Origin: Octopus sinensis | Lineage: Eukaryota | Direction of reading: 5' to 3' | DNA: 64,000 nt | Assembly: GCF_006345805.1 (NCBI RefSeq) | Contig: NC_043001.1 | Location: forward strand, 83,762,001-83,826,000 | Shown here: one piece after another, positions 50,795 to 64,000 of the stretch | Layout of the letters: each line of letters opens with the position of its first letter | How positions within the stretch are numbered: position 1 is the first letter of the stretch | Notes under the pieces: generated by a model | Seen by the model: only the letters and a program-made list of their open reading frames with translations | Told to the model about the DNA's origin: nothing | The model's database searches: none | Program-made: the position numbers and the translations under genes

Positions 50795-51880
50795 TTTTTT
50801 TATTAGTAACAATGGCTGCACACAAAGGACGATACAAAATAAACTACAGTGGGATTTACATATAATGCGTGTAAAAAAAAAAAAAAGAAAAAGAAAACAG
50901 TAACAATGAACAATAAAAATCCGAACAATAAAATTCCCCAAAAGTGGGGAAGCTCATCCCAGGGGCAGCCAAGGAGCCCCATACATCCTGGGCACTCCAA
51001 ACGCCAAGGATAACTCGGGCGAGCCACCCTCTCCTACAGGCGCATGCTCAGAGTAGGCCTATATACACAGACCATCCTCGCTACATTTTATCCACCTTTC
51101 AACAGTACTCTCCTCTCCACCTTTACTTTCCTTTTCAACTGTAACTTGAAAAAGTCGATGAGGATTTGTCCGAAGAGGTAAATATTTGTCTTCAGTCCTT
51201 TCAACTTCAACCACCACTCTACCTCTTTTGCCATAGCCACCTGACAGAGAAAACTACCTTGTTTTTTCCGGCCGAAAAATGCAGCGAAGCGATCCTCACG
51301 ATGGACTCGGCTGATAACCAGACCCATCCTACACGCGTCAGCAGCTGCTCGACAAAGCTCCCAAAGTCAGCAATGTACGGACATTGGACGAGTGCATGCA
51401 GAACGATTTCATCGCCCTGCGTACATTTCGGACATGTCCGACTGATAGCATTTCCGTGTTTGTAAAGTTTGTCCCGAACCGGCAGAGCTTCTCGGTAAAA
51501 ATTGCCAAGCCATGAATTTCTGGAAATTATCCATTGGCCACGGCCCGAAAGTCCACCAGAAAAGACCAGCTAATTGATCCCTTCCGATGCCAGATTTTCC
51601 CTGAGGACGTCGTCGCTCTTGCCCTGCACAAATCCTCTAGAGAACACCAATGTGGAGCTTACACCGACCGCATTGCCCGACTGGCGGAATACTGTGAGAG
51701 CTTGTCGACACTCCAGATGCTAAGCGCCCTTTATTTGTTTACGCTTGATCCAGGACTGTAGCTCCGTCAGAGAGACGAGCTGCGGAAAATCCTGTCTGAC
51801 AAACGGTGACTAACCGTTAAGGAAACGCAGGAGCTGCCGCAGCCTCAGCGCATGTCTGCGTATCATTAGCCCGCACTTTT
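50790..51880 (-). mobile_element. 3' ~1.1 kb of a Tx1/L1-clade LINE
   Basis: zf-RVT-like ALPVRDKLYKHG..RTCPKC..DEIVLHALVQCP; C-terminal AMAKEVEWW.KLKGL; AATAAA then (TAT)n tail; clearly homologous to 20640-20915. Confidence 0.85.
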
Positions 51881-52459
51881 TGTAGCCTTATCAGCTTGGC
51901 AGTTTGGGCCAGACATATATTCATCTGTAGGATTCCCATTCTATATAGCTCTGTGCCTTTCGCAGCCTTTGCTGCGAACGTGTGGAAATGCGAACGTGTG
52001 GAACAATGGAAATGTTGCTGTTTAAGCTGACGAAGCCACAGCTGCTTTTGTTTTCTTCCTGGATCATGATTTTCGTGCTCGTCATTTTATTATTGACACT
52101 TTAGTTTGATGTCTTTGGTTTTATCTCATTGTCACCTATGCAATAGAAGTGGTTTTCACAAGCCTTTTGTGACAAAATAAACAACTTTTAGAGACAGATT
52201 AAAAGATTAGATTTACGAGCAAAAAGACACGCATGCTTCCAGTATAAATAAAACAATGATTTCAAAATTTGGCAGAAGGCCAGTAATTCCGGAGAATGAT
52301 GGTAAGTCGATTACATCGACATCCGGTGTCCAGCTGGTACTTATTTATCGACTCTAAAAGGATGAAAGGTAAAGTAGACCTCAGTGGTATAAAGACAGAC
52401 AAAATGTCACTAAGCATTTTACCACGTGCTAACGACTCTGTCAGTTCACTGCCTTATCC

Positions 52460-52517
<58 letters not shown>

Positions 52518-52559
52518 ATAATAATAATAATAATAATAATAAAGCCGTAGTTGCAATAA

Positions 52560-53750
52560 TATCGCAGAGATTAAACATATGATAAAAGATAAAAGCAGAA
52601 GAGCAGAAAAGATGTTACAGAAAACTAATAGCTATAAAAGATCAGTTATTAATCAACAAAGCAATAATCGAAGACTATGGAAAGAGAAAGAGTTGTTTGA
52701 GAATGGTAAGGATTGATGGTTTTTTCCAGTTAAGATTGGTATAGGGCGGTGGATGATATAGAGCTTCTCTGTGAGATAGAATTCTCATGGCTTTGATTAA
52801 CGATGAAATATTGTTGTCTTATCTAACAGGAATTACTGCTGCGTTGTCTTTCTATTCTCAAATATACTTTGAAAATGTTGTGTGGTTTTGTCCAGACGTT
52901 AATGACGGTGCATGCAATGTGAGTCTCTTAAAAGAATTTTCTTTAAGCCTCATGTGTTTAGTCTCTGCGATATTGCTGTCTCATTTTGGCAGTATTACTC
53001 ACATGGATCTCGCAATTACTAATCATGAATAAGGTAGCACTAGCAATAAGTTGTCATGAGTAAATGGTAAAAAAATAATCTTACAGATATTAATTAGGAG
53101 AGGAATATTCCAGAAAGATTCCCTTTCTCCGTTCGTTTTCTGTTTGAAATTGATAACTTTAAACGGATGCTTCTATGTATGTGTGCATGTAACGATGTGT
53201 TAAACATCTGAGTGGGCTCAGAAACAAAAATGAGGGCAAGGTATTCTACGATATTTTGTATATACATGACCCCCAAGTTACATTCTGCTAATGATAAATA
53301 ACTAGAAACACTACTACAGATATCTATAAATTTTTCAGAAAAATTGACAGATTCAGACTAGGAAATTATACCAAGACAATCTTGAAGGGTTGAAACTAAA
53401 CTAAGAATATTAAGATGCTAGATAAAGAAACTGAGATGAGAGAACTTTATCAAACACCGACATGCAAGCACTAAGGCAGAAATGAGCTAAATAGTGTATA
53501 ACACATGCAAATGATAGAAAAGATTAGGAAGGATTACAGATTAGATTACTTGCTAAAACGGAGCAAAGTACGAGGTATCCGCATTTTATCAACCCTCGTG
53601 ATAAGTTAATATTTTGAGTTGGACGCTCAATGAACTAATAAGACTAGATATAAAAACAAGAAAAAGAGAGACTACATTTAGAACACATCACCTCAAAATC
53701 TGACATAGAAATCAGTGTTGTAGAGAGCGTATGTAACTAAAACACAAAGA
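52560..53750 (+). mobile_element. Highly decayed R4/Dong-like non-LTR reverse transcriptase relic
   Basis: IKDQLLINKAIIED (52634), IRRGIFQKDSLSPFVFCL (~53092), LDIKTRK...HH(P)KSDI (~53650). Confidence 0.7.
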
Positions 53751-54190
53751 TAAAATATAACTGTAGGACTACGAATAAAGCTAGTAAAAAATCCATGGAA
53801 AATTAATATAAATAACTACGAAATACGAACATGCTAACATATGTTCAAATTCTTCCTCAACAATTCAGCACGGAATTTTGTCAGTGAACAGGTCGCAGTC
53901 TCAACACGACGGAAATATTTTGACAAATTAAATGTAAATGTTGAAGTGAATCTAACAGATTTTGTGTTTCTTAAATGGCTTATAAACACCTTCCACGCTG
54001 CAATTGCTTTCGTTCCAGCACACGATCTCAGATCAGGTCACTTGCTATGCAAGTACATCTCCGTAAAATTTTAAAGCCCTTCTTGATGCATGACAGATGG
54101 CAATAATCAACGCCCTTTGCAGCACCCAACGATCTCATTATTTTGAAACTCTCTGACGTGCACGGCCGTTTAATTCCTGTTTATCTTACA

Positions 54191-54585
54191 CTAGCAGTAT
54201 CGCCCGGCGTTGCTCAGGTTGTAAGGGAAATAACTATATAAGCATTTTTAGAGAGTTATAGCCAAAAAATAGGAAAAAAATGCATTAAAAATTGAAAAAA
54301 AATTAAGGTAAATTTTTTTTTTAAATCGTTGACACATCGTAGATATTTTTAGAGAGTTACTTCCCTTATATAAAAGCGAAAAAATGCATTAAAATGGAAA
54401 AATATGATGGTAAATTTTTTTAAAATCGTAGACTCATCGTAGACGCGCGCTAATACCCAGAAGGGCTCGATATGAATCACGACTATAAGATACCCGCTTT
54501 TGGTTAAACTGCACCGCAAAATGTGGGAGTAGTTACGAATCTAAATCGTAGGAGACAGACACACAACTTCACTCTTATATAAAGA
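54191..54585 (-). mobile_element. Non-autonomous Helitron
   Basis: TC...hairpin-CTAG termini at an A|T site. Confidence 0.8.
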
Positions 54586-55979
54586 TGCTTTTTTTTTCAG
54601 TCATAGAGTTAGATTTATGAAGGTCTTCAGTAGAAAATCCTTCGAATTCTGACTCGCTGCTTGATATAATGAAATTCGTATCCATTTTTTGTCAGAATTA
54701 CAAATTTTGAAAACACAATAGGAACAAATTTCGGAAAAAAATATATAAGTGTCGTCTGTTTATACATAAACACTGTTTCATACTTTCAGTTTAGTCTTCC
54801 TCAAATCACTCTGTCGCTATTTACTCTCTTCCAAGAACATTTTCACTCACTCTTATCTCTTAGCTTGCCATACATTTTACTCATGTATCTATCAGCGTGA
54901 TAGACAGAAACAAATATTACATCGCCATCGCATTCTATTGTCTACCTGTCAACACACACACAGTGAATTAGTTTCATTTTATTCGTTGCACACTGTGTGT
55001 GTGCGTTTGCGTGTGCTGTAAACAAGACTAAGAAAAGCATTTGACATACACACCAGAATGTGAGTTTTCTGTAAATTTTGCTTAATTGGAGTTTAAATTT
55101 TAAAAACTGGACCTGGCATGACCCGATGCATTCTACTCTTAAAAATGCTAGGTAAATTGTAATTGAAGAAATCCTATATTGTAGATTTCTATAAGTGACA
55201 AAGGGAGGCAGATAAAATCTGCCTTTTATAATCAGAGATAAATTAATACACACACACACACATACACACACATGCACACATACACACATTCACGCACTAA
55301 TATACGTAGATGCTTGTCTTTGGTTAAGTATTAAAATAATTTGTATTTGTGCTAACCTTGTCACATTCTGTCATCTTCATCATTATCATCATCATCACCG
55401 TTATGATTACCATCATCCAATAACCTTATTGTTATTGCGTGTTTTCAAAGGACTACTGATTGAAACTCTGTGTGTCTTTGGTATCAGGTGTGTTTTATTG
55501 ATTATGTTATAACGAGAGTAGTTTGTACCTTGGAATTCAACTTGGAAAAGAAAGTAAGCATGGAGTGAAAAATGCCGTTTTCTTGTGAATTTGTCAAAAA
55601 TGTAAGTGCCTGCGGCGACAATGCAACTGTTCTAAGCATACCCCAATAGATCGGGGAATGAGAGACGGGAGATGGCACATGTTCTTGGTGTTCATGGTAA
55701 TCGTGGATTTGATAGTCCCTTGGCCTTAATTGGAGGCGTTTCTGTATCAGGGTGACTCTCTAATTATTCAAATACTTTATTATTGAGGCGGCGATTAGGC
55801 AGAAACGTTAACACGCCGGGCGGGCGAAATGCGTAGCGTTATTTCATCCGTCTTTACGTTCTGAGATTAAATTACACCTGGTCAACTTTGTCATTCATCC
55901 TTTCGGAGTCGATAAAATAAACACCAGTTGTGCACTGGGGTCGATGTAATCGACTTACACACACACACACACACACACA

Positions 55980-56014
<35 letters not shown>

Positions 56015-56522
56015 AAAAATTCAGACCTTGTGTCTATAATAGAATGGATTATTGTTTTTATGGAGAAGTTCATAGCCGCTTCAACTATATCCTGAGGTAC
56101 ACTTCTGTGTTCCGAAGATGTGTGCAGCATTATGCTTTTGGGGGCTGTAGACCAGTTTTTGCTTTGCTTTAGATCTTGGTTTGTTTTTGGTGTCATTTTA
56201 GCATTTCTTCTGGTGTTTAGACTATGGACCATGTCCATTGTGCAGTTTGCTTTGATTTTGAAAGCGTTTTATATGTGTTATGTAGTTATGCAATTGGCGT
56301 TATGTATTTCAGTGTCACCCGGTTATGGCATATCACATGAAGTGTATGGTTTATATGAAAATCGATGCGTTGCAGCTGTTTAACACGTGAGCTCTGTGTC
56401 GGTTTTCGTTATAGTGTCAGGTGTCAATTTTGTCTCATTTTGTTGGATGGTGTTAATGTATATAATCTGATCTATGCGTGGGCTGTGTTATGTTCTTGGG
56501 TGGTCATGGTGTGGGACATGTA

Positions 56523-57044
56523 CCGTAAATCCTCGAGTATAATCTGCATTTTTTCCCCAAAATTTAAAGGTCAAAATCCCTAGTGCGTATTATACACGAG
56601 GTTAAAAATGAAAATTATTTTCTAAGCAATGTCCGAGTCTCTATTTGCAGTCCGGCAATGTTTATTTAGACGCATTTTATGATGTCGGGCGCGAAAATAC
56701 CTTACGCTAAACCTGAAAGCAATGAAGTCATAAAAGAATCATCCATAACTTGCAGTAAGCAACATTTATTAAACGTTATTACTGTTATTACTGTTATTTC
56801 TTTATTTTCTGCAAACAAAATGCACAAAAAAGCTACACGTTTGCATCATGTTATATGTACAATAATAATAAAGGACGTTACTGTATACATTTTTACAAAC
56901 CAAGGACGTTATATAGACCTCTTTGACTCAAGTTAGAGAAGGGGTGCGTATTATAAACAAGGTTTAGGTTTTTCAGAAGTACAACCCCCTAAAAATCCCC
57001 CTGCGTATTATACTCAAAGGCGGACTATACTCGAGGATTTACGG
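56523..57044. mobile_element. Tc2/Kanga-like MITE, intact
   Basis: TA-CCGTAAATCCTCGAGTATA ... TATACTCGAGGATTTACGG-TA. Confidence 0.88.
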
Positions 57045-57666
57045 TATTATCTGATTTGAAAGTATTTTGTTCAAGAGAAGGTTTGGACCGTACTTAGTAG
57101 AGGTACTTTTTTGTACTGTACATAACGTTGTGTGAAAGCGCGTGGTCTAGTGGTTAGGCTAGGCGGGGTGTTGTATTCAAGAGCAAAAACATTTCACTTC
57201 ACTTTCCTCCACTCTCCCTTTCGATCAGGAGGGAATGTTGGCCTGCTCTCCTAACTAGTGGGGTGGCGTGATTCGAAGGCGAAAATGTTGCAAAGCGCAT
57301 TGTGACCAACGATGAGTAACAACATCTGATAGTTTGGTCAGTCACGTGACCACGTGAAATCAGTTGTAAGTTCTTGCGTGGGTCGATTGTGGTTGTCCAT
57401 ATCTTTTTTTTTTATCGTACAGGTGCAGGCATGACTGTATGGCAGAGAAGTTCGCTTTGCAGCACAGAGTTTTGTAGCTCGAGTAGCTGACTTCTATTAT
57501 AGCCACCTGCAAACCAATATCTTATGAGTGAATTTAGTAGACGGAAACTGTGGGGAAGTTCGTCCCATATGACAATGTGTGTCTTCTAGCGTATGGGATT
57601 ACGTCGTCAACCATCTTATAAATGCACAGTACATATTTGATATTGGTACTATTTATATATTGATTT

Positions 57667-57805
57667 ATAGTCCGCCCTTGTGTATAATACGCAGAGGATC
57701 TTTAGGGGGCTGTACCTCTGAAAAACCTAAGCCTTGTGTATAATACGCACCCCTTCTCTAACTTGAGTCAAGGAGGTCTATATAACGTCCTTGGTTTGTA
57801 AAAAT
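57667..57805. mobile_element. Partial inverted copy of the same MITE, cut by SINE B
   Basis: Reverse-complement homology to 56890-57030. Confidence 0.75.
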
Positions 57806-58216
57806 GCGTGGCTGTGTGGTAAGAAGCTTGCTTCGCAACCACATGATTTCGGATTGAGTGTTACTACGAGGCACATCGAGTAAGTGTCTTCTTCTATAGC
57901 CTCAGGTCGACCAAACCCTTGTGAGTGGATTTGATAGACGGTAACTGTAAGAAGCCCGTCACACACACACACACACACACACCACACACATGTTTGTGTG
58001 TGTTTGTCTGTGTTTGTCCCCCCACCATCGCTTGACAACCGATGCTGGTGTATTTACGTTCCCGAAACATAGCGGTTCGGCAAAAGAGAACGATAGAATA
58101 AGTACTTGGCTTACAAAGAATAAGTCCTGGGGTGGATTTCTTCGACTAGCACTCTTTAAGGCGGTGCTCCAGCATAACCGCAGTCAAATGACTGAAACAA
58201 GTAAAAGAGTAAAAGA
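57806..58216 (+). mobile_element. SINE family B
   Basis: Family consensus. Confidence 0.88.
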
Positions 58217-59682
58217 ATTGTTTGTAACATGGATTGATTAAACCTTTTGTTTCTGTTTTTAGCCCCAAACTCTTGGCTATTGTTGGCTTTAATTGTAGTT
58301 TAATCCCTCTTAGTCGTGCATTGTTGGGGTATCGACTATGGAGTAGCTTTTCTCTTCATTTTCACCATCAGTGTTCATTGGAAATCCATTTTGATTTTGT
58401 TCTTTTTAGGGGCCACTGTCATCTACTATAGCCCGATACTGATTAATGCCTTGTGAATCAATGTGGGTGTTGGAAAGTGAGTAGGAACCCTACTGCCCAG
58501 GAGATGAAAAGCAGAAAGAAAATAGAGCGGTGGACGACATCGCAAGTAGTGGCAATAATGACAACACGATTCGGAGATTAAGATCATCACTGCTGCTACA
58601 GTTGTTTCCAGAGCTCCATGATCGCAACTCCTGGAAAGGGCAGAGCTGAAGTAAGAAAAAGTGCTTCCTCGCCATTTCCGCCAGTACTTAAAACTGACGA
58701 CGATAACTGAAACGGAACAGCCCCTCCTGCCATACAAGAACAGTCAAAGACTACCAGTAGCTCTACTGTTTCACTGTTTTATGGAGATGCGGACATGGAG
58801 AATGGGCAGGGTGAGAAACTTCTAAGAAAAAAAGAAAAAAAAAGAAAACTAGAGAAGCTAAATAAATGGTAAGACAAAAGCTCAAAGTCCATCATGGAGT
58901 ACCTGAATTTTACTTACCTAATAGTGATTTTAAATTTTGGCACGCGGCCAGTAATTTCGGGGGAGGGGTAAATCAATTACATCGATCCCAGTGTTCAACT
59001 GGTACTTATTTTATCGACCCCGAAAGAATGAAAGGCAAAGTCGACCTCGGCGGAATTTAAACTCAGAAAGTAAAGGCGAACGAAATTACTTACCTAATAT
59101 TGACACCTAAAGAGAATCAAACTCTGTGTTGACTTTTCGAGAGGGAGGCAGAACACTGGTACCTAGAGGAGGCAGACGAATGATAGACACCACGTCAGTG
59201 ATGTCTCAACAACTGAAGATTCATTAACCCGTACGTGTGGTGCTCGGACCCTTAATGGTTCGGTCACGAATGAAATTGCTCAGGTGTAACTTTGGCGGAC
59301 TTCGTTGTCAGACGAGAAGAGGCGTTGGAGTCGTGGGGGTCCTACCCAAGTGGCGACTCACATTGCTTTATGGGTAGGTTGCCTATATTTTATTGTCATT
59401 TGTGTTTGTTTTGAATACCAATTACTTTTTTATCTGCCATAATACATGTATACACACACACACACATATGTATACACATACATACATACTCACACTAACA
59501 TATAAGTCAAATATACATGAGTATGCATCTACATGATACACACATATATAGACAAACATATATACATGCATATATGTATGCATGTATATAATATTTATAT
59601 ACACGTGTGTATGTGCGTGTGCGTGCGCGTATCTGTGTGTATCTATCTGTTCATCTCTCTCTCTCACTCTCTCTCTATATAC

Positions 59683-59727
<45 letters not shown>

Positions 59728-59762
59728 CACATATATATAAATATTTATGTATATTTATATTT

Positions 59763-59795
<33 letters not shown>

Positions 59796-59821
59796 CGTAA
59801 ATGTATAAATATATACGTATA

Positions 59822-59855
<34 letters not shown>

Positions 59856-60456
59856 CATACACACATACGCACCTGTGCACGCATACATGTCTGTTTCGTA
59901 ACCCAGTTTCTTTGACATGTTTCCTGACTGTGTCTATGAAACACTAGCAGTCAATAAAGACAGGATTGCCAGGTCGTTATTAGTAATAATATTCAAGATT
60001 TGAGAGATGCCTCAAGAGTTTCTTTTATTACATCAAAATGAATTATGTATGTATAGGAAGACATACTCACAAATGTTCAAGGTTAATGAATGATTTACGA
60101 GTATGCTGTAACAACGTTTATAGCTCGCTTCTACGCGAAAATATTGTCGTCCAGCATTAATTACTACGTTGGTTATTAACATATTTTTGTAAATTTTATT
60201 ACGGAAAATGGTCATAATAATTACGTGCTATTTGGTAGTGTCTGAGTAGATGTGGAATCATGGTATTGTCGTTTGGAAAGACAAATAGAAATTTATACGC
60301 GTATCAGAGAAACATTTTTTAGTGAGTTGAAATTGAGCGGTTGTAATATTATATATTATATATGATATATATATTATATTATATTATATTATATATAAAT
60401 TAGAAATATTAAATTTCTAAATGTCTCAAAGAGGCATTGAGCGGTGGTGGAGTGAT

Positions 60457-60750
60457 AGAGTGGTTGTATACTGTCAACTTAACGTGACAGTCCCGTATGG
60501 GAATTACACCACCGCTGTTTAGCCCTAGGAAGCATCGAACGCTTCCTGTCGGCTTTGACACATTTTCTGTATCCTTATATTTGTGAAGGGGAGGCTGGTG
60601 GGGGTGCTTGCCCCCCCCCTTCACAAATATAAGGACACAGAAAATGTGTCAAAGCCGACAGGAAGCGTTCGATGCTTCCTAGGGCTAAACAGCGGTGGTG
60701 TAATTCCCATACGGGACTGTCACGTTAAGTTGACAGTATACAACCACTCT
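60457..60750. repeat. Near-perfect palindrome, ~135-bp arms and ~24-bp G/C-rich loop
   Basis: 60457-60591 is the reverse complement of 60616-60750 with one mismatch seen. Confidence 0.95.
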
Positions 60751-60833
60751 GATATATAAACGATATTATATATAATGTATATTACATTATATATGATATA
60801 TATCATATTATATATATTATATATTATTTATAA

Positions 60834-61228
60834 CTAGCAGTATCGCCCGCCGTTGCTCGGGTTTGTAAGGGAAATAACTATATAAGCATTTTTAGAGAGT
60901 TATAGCCAAACAATAGCAAAAAAATGCATTAAAAATGGAAAAAAAATGATGGTAACTTTTTTTTAAATCGTTGACTCATCGTAGACATTTTTAGAGAGTT
61001 ACTTCCCTTATATAATAGCGAAAAATGCATTAAAATGGAAAAAAATGATGGTAAATTTTTTTAAAATCGTAGACTCATCGTAGACGCGCGCTAATACCCA
61101 GAAGGGCACGATATAAATCACGACTATAAGATACCCGGTTTTGGTTAAACTGCACCGCAAAATGAGGGAGTAGTTAGGAATCTAAATCGTAGGAGACAGA
61201 CACACAACTTCACTTTTATATATAAAGA
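60834..61228 (-). mobile_element. Non-autonomous Helitron
   Basis: Same termini as the other copies. Confidence 0.8.
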
Positions 61229-62059
61229 TGTATATTAAATATAATGTATATATATATTTTGTTCTATTATGGCGATGCCCCGGCATGCCCACAGCTCGTG
61301 AGCTGACAGAATCATTAGCACACCGGGCAAAATGCTTTGCGGCATTTCGTCCGTCTTTACGTTCTCAGTTCATATTTCGCCGAGATAGACTTTGCCTTTC
61401 ATCCTTTCAGGGTCGATAAAATCAGTACCGGTCAGGTACTTGGATCAATGTAATAGACTAGCCCCCTCTCCCAAAATTTCAGGCTTTGTGCCGATAGTAG
61501 AAATTTTTATTACACTGTAACAGAATTTTAATTATTTTTTTTTGTCTTAGGTCAATAAATGTTATTTCCTATTTGCTTCTATTTAGAAATCAAAGAAAAT
61601 TACTACTATTGCCTTCAAACTTTGCTTTTGTAAGCTGGACATCAATGTTTTGAAACTGACCTCTTTTCCATTACATTTCAGACATATTCAGTGCTGAGTT
61701 GCTGAAGCAGAAATATCCTTATAGCAAATATACTGTTCAATACTACAGATTTGTTTGACAGTTGCTTGACCTTAAAAACTTGAGCCATTTCCCTTAGTGG
61801 CTGACAATATGTTCATCTCTGATCAAGCGCAGGAGTAGTGGGGGAGCATCATAGTCACGTGTTGAGAAGGTTACTTTGAGGTTTGAATAAATATGGACAA
61901 AAGCATTTTACATACTTTCTAGGGGTAAGCAAATAGGAAATAGCAGTTGCTATCCAAGGACAAAAATGGTGTTACACGGTGTTATATATAATATATTTAA
62001 TTCCTTATTATTATTATCATTGCTGTATTTAATAAATCATCAGACATAATGCATTTAAT

Positions 62060-62420
62060 GTATTATTGTATTTAACATATGATCATGAATGTTGGGAAAT
62101 AGCCGAAAGAGTACAATCGCAGATACAAGCGGCTGAAATGGAATTCGCCAGATGGCCTCTTGAGGAACGTTATTCGACAGGATGTGTAGCTCGGAGATTA
62201 GAGTGTCTCTCTAGGCCGGGTCGCTACTTCTCCGCATTGAAAAGGTAACAGTTCCGGTACTACGGACATGGGATTAGAATGTAACAGAAAAGAAACGCAA
62301 TATAGATTCTTCAAGCGGAGCCAACCGGCAGGAGCCTTAGGGGTAAAACAAGAACGAGGTGGTTGAATCACGTTTGGGAACCCAACCAGAAAGCTTCTGA
62401 TAGAGCCCTAAAGGGAAAGT
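62060..62420 (+). mobile_element. RTE-clade LINE 3' fragment
   Basis: LTYDHECWEIAERVQSQIQAAEMEF...QFRYYGHGIRM...ILQAEPTGRSLRGKTRTRW. Confidence 0.8.
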
Positions 62421-62490
62421 GCCTGAAGGATGTACCCCTGCGACCATCTCAAAAATAGTTGGCGAAGAAGATACATTGATGGATAAATTA

Positions 62491-62711
62491 TACGAGGGGG
62501 TACTGAAAAGTTTTTGATTTTAAGGGTATCGCGAAAAGCCTGGTTAGAGGTCTAGACTTCCGAGTTATTTTACAGGGTTTAGAAAAACTGAAGGACCACC
62601 GCAATAAGTGTTATAATCTGAGAGGGGAATATGCCGATTAAAATCATAATTAACTGATCCTCCTGTATTTTCTTTTACCTAAAGCCAGGAAATTTTCAAC
62701 ACCCCATCGTA
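62491..62711. mobile_element. Mariner-type MITE
   Basis: TACGAGGGGGTACTGAAAAG ... TTTTCAACACCCCATCGTA inverted ends with TA. Confidence 0.75.
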
Positions 62712-63827
62712 TATCACGTATTTAAAACATGATTATAAGCATATATCTAACAAACATATTTCGTACATTATTATACAGAGCATTTAATACTCTATCACAC
62801 ACTATCAGTACCCGTGGAAATTCCACGGCAAATAGGAAATTCTTTAGATAGTTGTAAGTTTATATAGAGCCATAAAAATCAGTGCTATTTTATAAACTGT
62901 ATATTCTGTATCATTTTCATTTAAAACACCTTTCAGTTCTTCTAGCTAAGGCTGTAATTGAAGGAGCGTGACATTTCCGTTCGCTCAGCAGCTCAGAGGT
63001 TCAGTTACAAATCTAAGAGCTTCGCAATGATTACAGGGAATATTCATGTCACCACTGCAGTTTACAGCTTTCTTTTTACGTTCTCATTTTCATATTATAG
63101 TCTGTTTTAAGCACGTTCCCTTATCTTTTGTAAATACTTATTGTATACGCTTTGATTCATATTTTCCCTTCTACACATTGATGCTCCTGTGCTTCTAGTG
63201 ATTCGACTCTCTGCTTCTCTTTACATCATTTCTATACCGTTTCATTCTATTTCTTATTAGCTTACATCATCTGTCATCCATATTTTATATATAAATATCT
63301 ATTTTCAACTGGGCAGATGACAAATACTTGCACTTATGCACATGCGTTACGTGATAGGCGATATAAAAGATCTGGTTCAATTAAGAAAAACATCTACATT
63401 TCTCACTATCCACTCACCCACTGCCACCTCGACCATCATCATCATGATCATTAGTAACAAAGCGCAGTCTAAATTGTTTGCTAAGCATGATTATTTCATT
63501 TCATTTGTTTGTTTTATCTACATTTCTTGCTGTCGGTATAAAGTTCGAATAAATAATTTAAAAAAATAATAACATCCATGGCTATTTTGCTAAGTTATTT
63601 CACTTTCATTGAAAAATTTATCTTTCTATTATAAGTTTATTATTTTTGTTATTATTATTATTATTATTATTATTCCTTCTTCAGGCCAATCATCGATGGA
63701 TTTGTAAATGAGGATAGATAAATAGTTCGACAGATAGAAGATGTAAAAAAACTGAATATTAAAATGTTATTTTCTTGTTAGTCACAATAATAAATGTTTA
63801 GAATTTCTCTCTGCTAAACACACACAC

Positions 63828-63879
<52 letters not shown>

Positions 63880-64000
63880 TTAAACTTCAACAAACTTTTT
63901 AATCGTGTCATTCCCCTCTTCATGTCGTTATCATTTCTCTTCGCTTCTCACTTCCACTAATCACATGACAGCTTAATGTATCGGCCGACAATAATGCCAC

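Noticed and set aside
55600-56520. Coding-like complex sequence on the minus strand; similar stretches at 58430-58860 and 59100-59400
   Set aside because: Possibly old LINE ORF1 or endonuclease relics, but motifs are too decayed to name.
58688-58722. CTGACGA-CGATAACT-GAAA-CGGAACAG resembling the 6.1-kb hammerhead
   Set aside because: Stem II cannot close (C-T), there is no stem I, and the flanks show no homology.

Overview
Eukaryotic, repeat-saturated non-coding DNA (intergenic or a large intron). The repeat landscape of tRNA-derived SINE families in long TA/TATC/GA/CA microsatellite fields looks like an octopus genome; that taxon call is recognition from memory, not a search. No intact host protein-coding exon, rRNA, true tRNA gene or CRISPR array can be supported. 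Almost all ORF-track entries are microsatellite or SINE read-through. Real coding relics are all from transposons: Tx1/L1-clade (four loci), RTE (three), CR1, R4/Dong-like and mariner. There are also Helitron, hAT, Tc1/Tc2 and other TIR MITEs and a 432-bp solo LTR with a 4-bp TSD. The most notable signal is a tandem array of four ~152-bp units at 18.4-19.3 kb. Each unit carries a complete minimal type I hammerhead ribozyme on the minus strand (Penelope pLTR / non-LTR retrozyme-like). A diverged relative at 6.1 kb and a second hammerhead type at 16.4 kb are also present. Other oddities are a head-to-head pair of Tx1-like elements with a 4x194-bp 5' monomer array and a near-perfect 294-bp palindrome. 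Boundaries of decayed repeats are approximate. Family letters A-F are my own working labels.
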